A stretch of DNA of 64,000 nucleotides. It comes from Bacteroidota bacterium. GTDB taxonomy: Bacteria; Bacteroidota; Ignavibacteria; Kryptoniales; JAKASW01. The position numbers were made by a program, and so were the translations under genes. Under the pieces are notes generated by a model. The model was not told where the DNA came from, made no database searches, and was given only the letters and a program-made list of their open reading frames with translations. The DNA lies in contig JAMCQL010000065.1 in NCBI GenBank assembly GCA_023381615.1, positions 15,424 to 79,423 on the forward strand, read 5' to 3'. Positions 58,776 to 64,000 of this stretch are shown here, in pieces; position 1 is the first letter of the stretch, and each line of letters opens with the position of its first letter.

Positions 58776-61700
58776 AAGTCGCCTCCGAGCGAGAAGTAGA
58801 ATTTCGGATAATGAAAGCCCTCGATATTATACTGCCACGCATAATCAAGCCTCAGTACAAAATACAAAAATGGGACCCTCGCTCCAAAGCCGGAACCGAC
58901 CAGTAAATCCTGTGTTACTGTCTGGCCAGAAGCGTCTCTTCTGAAAGGCTTGTACTGAGAAACTGAAGTAAACGCACTTCCCGCATCGACAAAAATTACT
59001 CCTTCAATATTAGAAAGCAAAATCGGAATCAATCCGGGCACGAAGTACCTCACGAGCGGGAATCTCACTTCCATGTTTGTCAGGAAATATTTTGTCCCGA
59101 GCTGAGCGTTGAAGTCGTAACCACGGAGTGGAAACACGGGTGTGAGAAAAGCATAGTCCGCCACAGAGCTTATCGGAATATTTACAGTCGAATAATTCGT
59201 GTTTATCCAGTTGCTCATGCCGCCGATAAAGAATTTCTGCGGATTAGCGCCGACACTCGCCGCGCCTGCCGCCCGGAACGCAAACGTGTTCACGTCAAAG
59301 AAAGGAAGATAAGTCCTGTAATCAAACTGACCCGTCACAAATCCAAGAAAACTAGATGCGATTTTTGGCACATAAGTCAGCGTCAAATTGTATCGTGTGC
59401 CGTTCACGGGAGCAAAATAACCTGCGAGAGTATTATCGCTCACGTAACTCATAGAACTCAAAAGAGCATTTGCAGAGGAGCCGAGATCGGCTGGGTTGTC
59501 AATATTCTGTCGCGAAATCCCTAGGTATGCAAAATTGAAATCGAGGCGATTGAATCTGTCAAAAGGTCGTGACATGGAAAGCTCGCCTATCAACGACTGG
59601 AAACGGTTGATTTCGTAATTCCCTGTCAAGTCATCGTAGAGATAGAGAAAAGCCGCCGTGTGGAGGAAACTGACTCCGTAGTTGATTTTTGATGCCAGAT
59701 TCTGGTACGAAAGCGCATAGTCGCTGTTCTTCAGGTCTATTACAAAATCGGTGTAGATGGCGATCTGATTATTCCCGAGCATGTCGCTGAAAGCCAGCTC
59801 AGTGGCACCCTGAAAACCGTAGAGCGTGTTGAAGCCGGCTCCTCCCGCAATTATGTCAGGAGTAAAATCAATTTTGTACGGAAAAGGTATGAAATTACCA
59901 AGCGAGTCCACATTCCCTTTCAACAAGAAAGGAGAAACTTTCGGTTTGTTGTTCTCGCTTCCATATTCCGGAGCGAATACAAGATGACTGAAGTCTGAAG
60001 CAGTTGAAGCTCCATAAAGGGAAGTCAGATTTTTTGTGTTGTTAGTGCTGGTCTTCGAAGCCACTTCCCGCTTCGCGAAGAAATCTTTCACATAAGTCGT
60101 TGGGACAAGCGGCCCATTCATTTTGTGGTCGAGCGGCAAATCAATTGTGAATACGTCGTAGCCGCCGTAGTTCAAAGCAGCAAAGGCTAACTTCTGGCCG
60201 TCGCGCGAGAGAGACGGGTCTTCAATTCCATAAAGGGAATTTGTAAGCGGTACTTCTTTGTCGGTCTCAAAATTTTTGTAATAGAGATTGGAGATTCCAT
60301 TCCTTGATGAAACAAATATCAAGCCTTTGCCGTCGGGCGTCGGAAGCGGATATGAATTATCTCCGCCGTGCGGAACTGTGTTGGGAATATTCGGGAAATT
60401 AGTCCGTGTAATTCGCTCTATCTTCCCTGTCGCCACATCTATTGAAAAGATGTCAAGCGGATTTCCCGCTGCCCAGTGCGCCACATCTAGCGGATTTCCC
60501 TTCTGATATAAACTGTCTCCACGGTCAGAATCAAAAAATATCTTCTTCCCGTCGACAGACCAATGAGGCGCCTGGTCTGTGAAAATATCATTCGTGAGAT
60601 TTCTAACTTCATGCGTCCCTAAATTGTAAATATAGATATCGGACTGCAATGGCTTATACGCCGAGAAGGCAATTTCCTTTCCGTCCGGAGAAAAATCTAT
60701 TCCGTTAATTCCGTCAAACTGCAGATCGGGAAGTTCTTTTGTCTCGCCCGTATTAACATTTATCATGAAGATTTTATCATATTCGCCGGTTTTTGAGGCG
60801 ACGGCGACCTCCTTCCCATCCGGAGACCAGGCAATACCGGGCGTAAGCAGATGGAGTTCCTCGAAATTTGCCGTCCGGTTTCCCTTGACAAGTACGCGAA
60901 TGAGTCTGCCTGTTACCGTCGACATCAAGTCGATATCAAAATACCCGGAGCGATTCGTTATGAAAGCGATCTTGTCGCCATGCGGGGAAATGACCGGAGT
61001 CGAATTGTAAAAACTGCCGTCCTTTTGATGGTCGGTCACTCTTCTCGCAAACTTGTCCAGTGACTCTCTCTCTCCAACCTCCGGGAAATAGACTTTGCGA
61101 TTGTATTTCAGCCACTTCTCGGAAAGTTGATCGACGTTCAGCCCGATTGCTCGTTGAAAACCTCGGTTAACGCTGCGAGTCGCAAGAACCGCATGTACGA
61201 TCTCGCCAATTTTTTCACCGCCATATCTTTCGTCAATGTAATGCCATACAGATTCGCCGCCGCGATAATCAAGATAACCATTAAGATATTCTATCGGCGG
61301 CATGTAACCGTTCACCGTCGCATCAATTAGGAACTCATCTGAGGCCACTTCCCAGTGAGAAAGCGACTGATATTCGGCCATGCCTTCATTGAACCATGTC
61401 GGAAGCTGGAAGGTAATGTTGCGCTCGATGATAGACTGGATCGAACCGCCGTAAAACATTTCATCAAAGACAGCGTGGACGAGTTCATGGTGAGTTACAT
61501 GGCGCATCAGGCTCAGGCTTCCTTCCCACGGAAGCACAACCCTGTTCTTGTACAATTCCGTAACACCGCCCGTGCCTTCCTCTAAATATTCTTGGACAAT
61601 GTTGTTCTGCTGGAAATCATTGTGGGAATTGAAGATCGCAATATTGATGCGCTTGTTAATCTGATAATGGAAGCTTGCGCTGATCGACGCAAGGGAACTT

Positions 61701-61885
61701 TCCGCTTCGACTGCGACAAACTGCGCCAGATCATATCCTCTATGTGTAAAATACACATTGAAGTGACGCGACTGGATGTATCTCCACTTAAAATCTTTGT
61801 AATGGACTTTATTCTGGCCGAATTCCTGGGCAGAGACTGTGGAAGCAAGAACAAAAATTGTCACGAGAAACAAAAGCCTCTTCAT
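58772..61885 (-). CDS. Omp85/BamA-like barrel fused to peptidase-MA-like and PD40 propeller domains
   Basis: FGQNKV, HELVH...WFNEGMAEY, SP.G..IAF PD40 repeats, PLRGY, E.RFP, terminal GGDF. Confidence 0.82.
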   Translation of the reverse strand: MKRLLFLVTIFVLASTVSAQEFGQNKVHYKDFKWRYIQSRHFNVYFTHRGYDLAQFVAVEAESSLASISASFHYQINKRINIAIFNSHNDFQQNNIVQEYLEEGTGGVTELYKNRVVLPWEGSLSLMRHVTHHELVHAVFDEMFYGGSIQSIIERNITFQLPTWFNEGMAEYQSLSHWEVASDEFLIDATVNGYMPPIEYLNGYLDYRGGESVWHYIDERYGGEKIGEIVHAVLATRSVNRGFQRAIGLNVDQLSEKWLKYNRKVYFPEVGERESLDKFARRVTDHQKDGSFYNSTPVISPHGDKIAFITNRSGYFDIDLMSTVTGRLIRVLVKGNRTANFEELHLLTPGIAWSPDGKEVAVASKTGEYDKIFMINVNTGETKELPDLQFDGINGIDFSPDGKEIAFSAYKPLQSDIYIYNLGTHEVRNLTNDIFTDQAPHWSVDGKKIFFDSDRGDSLYQKGNPLDVAHWAAGNPLDIFSIDVATGKIERITRTNFPNIPNTVPHGGDNSYPLPTPDGKGLIFVSSRNGISNLYYKNFETDKEVPLTNSLYGIEDPSLSRDGQKLAFAALNYGGYDVFTIDLPLDHKMNGPLVPTTYVKDFFAKREVASKTSTNNTKNLTSLYGASTASDFSHLVFAPEYGSENNKPKVSPFLLKGNVDSLGNFIPFPYKIDFTPDIIAGGAGFNTLYGFQGATELAFSDMLGNNQIAIYTDFVIDLKNSDYALSYQNLASKINYGVSFLHTAAFLYLYDDLTGNYEINRFQSLIGELSMSRPFDRFNRLDFNFAYLGISRQNIDNPADLGSSANALLSSMSYVSDNTLAGYFAPVNGTRYNLTLTYVPKIASSFLGFVTGQFDYRTYLPFFDVNTFAFRAAGAASVGANPQKFFIGGMSNWINTNYSTVNIPISSVADYAFLTPVFPLRGYDFNAQLGTKYFLTNMEVRFPLVRYFVPGLIPILLSNIEGVIFVDAGSAFTSVSQYKPFRRDASGQTVTQDLLVGSGFGARVPFLYFVLRLDYAWQYNIEGFHYPKFYFSLGGDF

Positions 61886-62018
61886 ATCTTTTCCTCAAAC
61901 TGAATAAAGTAATGTTAGAATTTTTTTCACGATAGTGCCACTTCTAAAAAGTAATACTGTGCTTTCAGGATAAAACAATTAATTCAACCAACTTGCCGCA
62001 TCCACACAACGGAATGCG

Positions 62019-62156
62019 CTCCCTTGTCAAGGGGGACAAAAAGCGTTCACGAACAGGTAGGTGATCCGCGCTCAATATTTCCCCTTCTTACCAAGGAGAG
62101 CTTCCCCGACTTATCAGGGGGATGAAGCCGACGGCTCGGCTCGTCGAGGGGAGGTC
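62019..62156. repeat. Composite of degenerate palindromic repeats
   Basis: CTCCCTTGTCAAGGGGG, CCCCTTCTTACCAAGGAGAG, TCCCCGACTTATCAGGGGGA, AGCCGACGGCT, AGGGGAGGT. Confidence 0.45.
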
Positions 62157-62232
62157 AATCCTATTCATAAAATACCCTCACTTCAAAACACAACCTTGGT
62201 TAATTGAAATGGTTCTAAGAAACGCATTCGAA

Positions 62233-62967
62233 TCACGGGGCAAGCGTCATATGATTCACAACGTCCCTGACTCCAGTAGCAAGCGATGCATCTTCAAGCG
62301 CAGAATCCATCTCGCCAAAATCTTTTACCTGCCCCGTCAAAGTCACCACACCATCTTTCACGTCAATCATTATATTGCTATGAACAAGCCTGTCAAGCTT
62401 GAAAAAGTGCTCAATATCTGCCTTTATCTGACTATCGGAGCGCGGCTTAGCAGGAACAACCGTCAAGTCATTCTCGACGTTGCGTGCTCCGTACGTATTT
62501 TCCGCCACACCTTGAGCGAGCTGCTTTTGAAGATAAGATGAAACCTTCCCAGTCAGAGTCACTTCTCCATTTTTCACTTTTACGACAACTGCGGCGTTTT
62601 GAAGTTCAGCATTCCGCTTGATCGCATTTCGCACATCATCCAGGATCAAGTCGTCTCCTCTTACGCCGGGAACGACTTTCAAATTATTCACTATATCCTT
62701 AACACCTGCCACTTTTTTAACATCGGCAACGACACGATGCAGTTCACGAAAATTAGTGACGGTTCCATTGAGCTTTACCGATCCGCCATTTACGTCGGCG
62801 GTTATAGCTACATCCGGTAGTTGTGAATCCAGAAGCAAGAAGCTTTCCACTTGTGATTTAATTCTGTCGTCTGGAATGTGTTTCTCGAAAACGGCGCTTT
62901 CTTTAGCGCATCCGATCAATAAAATTGGAAAAAGCAAAAGGATCGATTTGATTATTAAAGAACGCAT
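62233..62967 (-). CDS. BON-domain lipoprotein (three BON domains)
   Basis: Lipobox LIGC; three D..I...G.V.L.G.V...GV..V.N.L repeats; start at MRSLIIK after GGAGG. Confidence 0.88.
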   Translation of the reverse strand: MRSLIIKSILLLFPILLIGCAKESAVFEKHIPDDRIKSQVESFLLLDSQLPDVAITADVNGGSVKLNGTVTNFRELHRVVADVKKVAGVKDIVNNLKVVPGVRGDDLILDDVRNAIKRNAELQNAAVVVKVKNGEVTLTGKVSSYLQKQLAQGVAENTYGARNVENDLTVVPAKPRSDSQIKADIEHFFKLDRLVHSNIMIDVKDGVVTLTGQVKDFGEMDSALEDASLATGVRDVVNHMTLAP

Positions 62968-63135
62968 AATTTCCTCCATCTTTTTTTAGATCCGCTTCCC
63001 TTTGGAAGACCAATGAAACAATTCAGATACTTTAACAGAAGATAAATCAATTCAGTTTCTGCAAAATTCAATTAAGTTAGACGCACACGGCAATGAAAAG
63101 TAACCGTGAAATTACACCACAATATTAATTTTCTT

Positions 63136-64000
63136 TCACTTCAGGGTAATCTTCAGCGCGTCCAATTTCCTTCCATCGGACTTCAAGACTTCAAACTCAA
63201 GGTTATTGATATAGATTTTTTCACCCTGAAATGGGATTCTTCCTACCTGAGAAGTTATCAACCCGGCAATTGTGGTGAACTCGCCTTTCGGAAGTCTGAT
63301 TTTGAAGGCTCTCTCGATCTCTGTGATTTCAGTGTTTCCCTGCAAAATAGATTGCTTCATGCCTATGCGCTTTATCCTCTCTTCATTTTCCCAAATAGCT
63401 ACATCGCCAAGGAACAGCTCCATAACATCCGAGGAAGTAACGAGACCGGCGGTTCCGCCAAATTCATCTATCAAAATCGCCACGTAAACTTTCTCAGCCC
63501 TGAACTCTTCGAGTAAATCGATTACCGTTACGTTCTCCGGCACAAAAAGAACATCGCTGACGATCTGGTCAGCAAACTCAACTTCTCGAAAGAGATCTTT
63601 TGCGTGAACAACGCCGACAATGTTGTCGATCGAAGAGTCGTAGATTATTACTTTCGTCTTCCGTGCTTTCTCGAAAATGTTCCTGAGCTTATCAATGGTG
63701 GTACCGAGTTCAGCTGCGATGATCTGTGTTCTCGGAATCGCAATACTGCGGACAGAAAGGTTAGCATTTGCAATCAGCTTGCGAATTATATCTGACTCGA
63801 TTTTGTCCAAATACCCGCTGCCGACCGTGCTGCTGAGGAAACGATAAACGTCGCGCTTCTGAAAAATCAAAGATTCCGACGGAGTGTGCAATACCTTATC
63901 GGCGATAAATGCCGATGCCCTTGCCGTGAATTTCACGACGGGCTTTGCTACAATGTAGAACGACCTTACGAACGGCAGGAGAAGTCGCGCCGAAGGTTCG
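63136..64000 (-). CDS. Hemolysin/CorC-CNNM family protein, C-terminal part (start outside window)
   Basis: CBS pair, IDEFGGTAGLVT, TIAG CorC_HlyC domain; frame stays open to the window edge. Confidence 0.88.
   Translation of the reverse strand, partial: EPSARLLLPFVRSFYIVAKPVVKFTARASAFIADKVLHTPSESLIFQKRDVYRFLSSTVGSGYLDKIESDIIRKLIANANLSVRSIAIPRTQIIAAELGTTIDKLRNIFEKARKTKVIIYDSSIDNIVGVVHAKDLFREVEFADQIVSDVLFVPENVTVIDLLEEFRAEKVYVAILIDEFGGTAGLVTSSDVMELFLGDVAIWENEERIKRIGMKQSILQGNTEITEIERAFKIRLPKGEFTTIAGLITSQVGRIPFQGEKIYINNLEFEVLKSDGRKLDALKITLK

Noticed and set aside
62122-63795. Plus-strand ORFs opposite the BON and CorC genes (and similar antisense ORFs throughout)
   Set aside because: Antisense shadows of well-supported genes.

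Overview
A gene-dense bacterial chromosome segment, most consistent with the FCB group (Ignavibacteria/Kryptonia-like). The evidence is PorV-like barrels, a T9SS-type C-terminal domain, Gln directly after signal peptides, and sigma70-type TTGnnn-17-TAnnnT promoters. Contents in order: partial purD, GT4, aminopeptidase P, guaB, acyl-CoA dehydrogenase, SDR, CBS protein; a TetR-controlled ABC/TolC/HlyD efflux operon; an ~18 kb surface-polysaccharide cluster; rpmB; pgsA-pgpA-cinA-thpR-recA-recX; an amidohydrolase-glnE-DUF2723-GT2-M50-T9SS-like/PorV operon; a sigma54-type regulator; hisD-hisC; an Omp85-like protein; a BON lipoprotein; and a partial CorC/HlyC gene. No rRNA, tRNA, CRISPR array or transposase gene was recognised. 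The most striking unexplained signal is a set of tiny 15-30 bp hairpin elements. One 18-bp family, TCCGAAGGATCCTNNGGA, occurs six times; four copies lie in-frame at codon boundaries in cinA, thpR, recA and a GT4 gene, each adding S-x-G-S-x-G. Related 21-, 24- and 30-bp elements sit in wecB, the amidohydrolase, the CBS gene and inside other repeats, and in three cases removing the element restores the host repeat cleanly. Five genes also appear leaderless, and one gene probably starts at CTG. All calls come from reading the sequence by eye; no searches were run.
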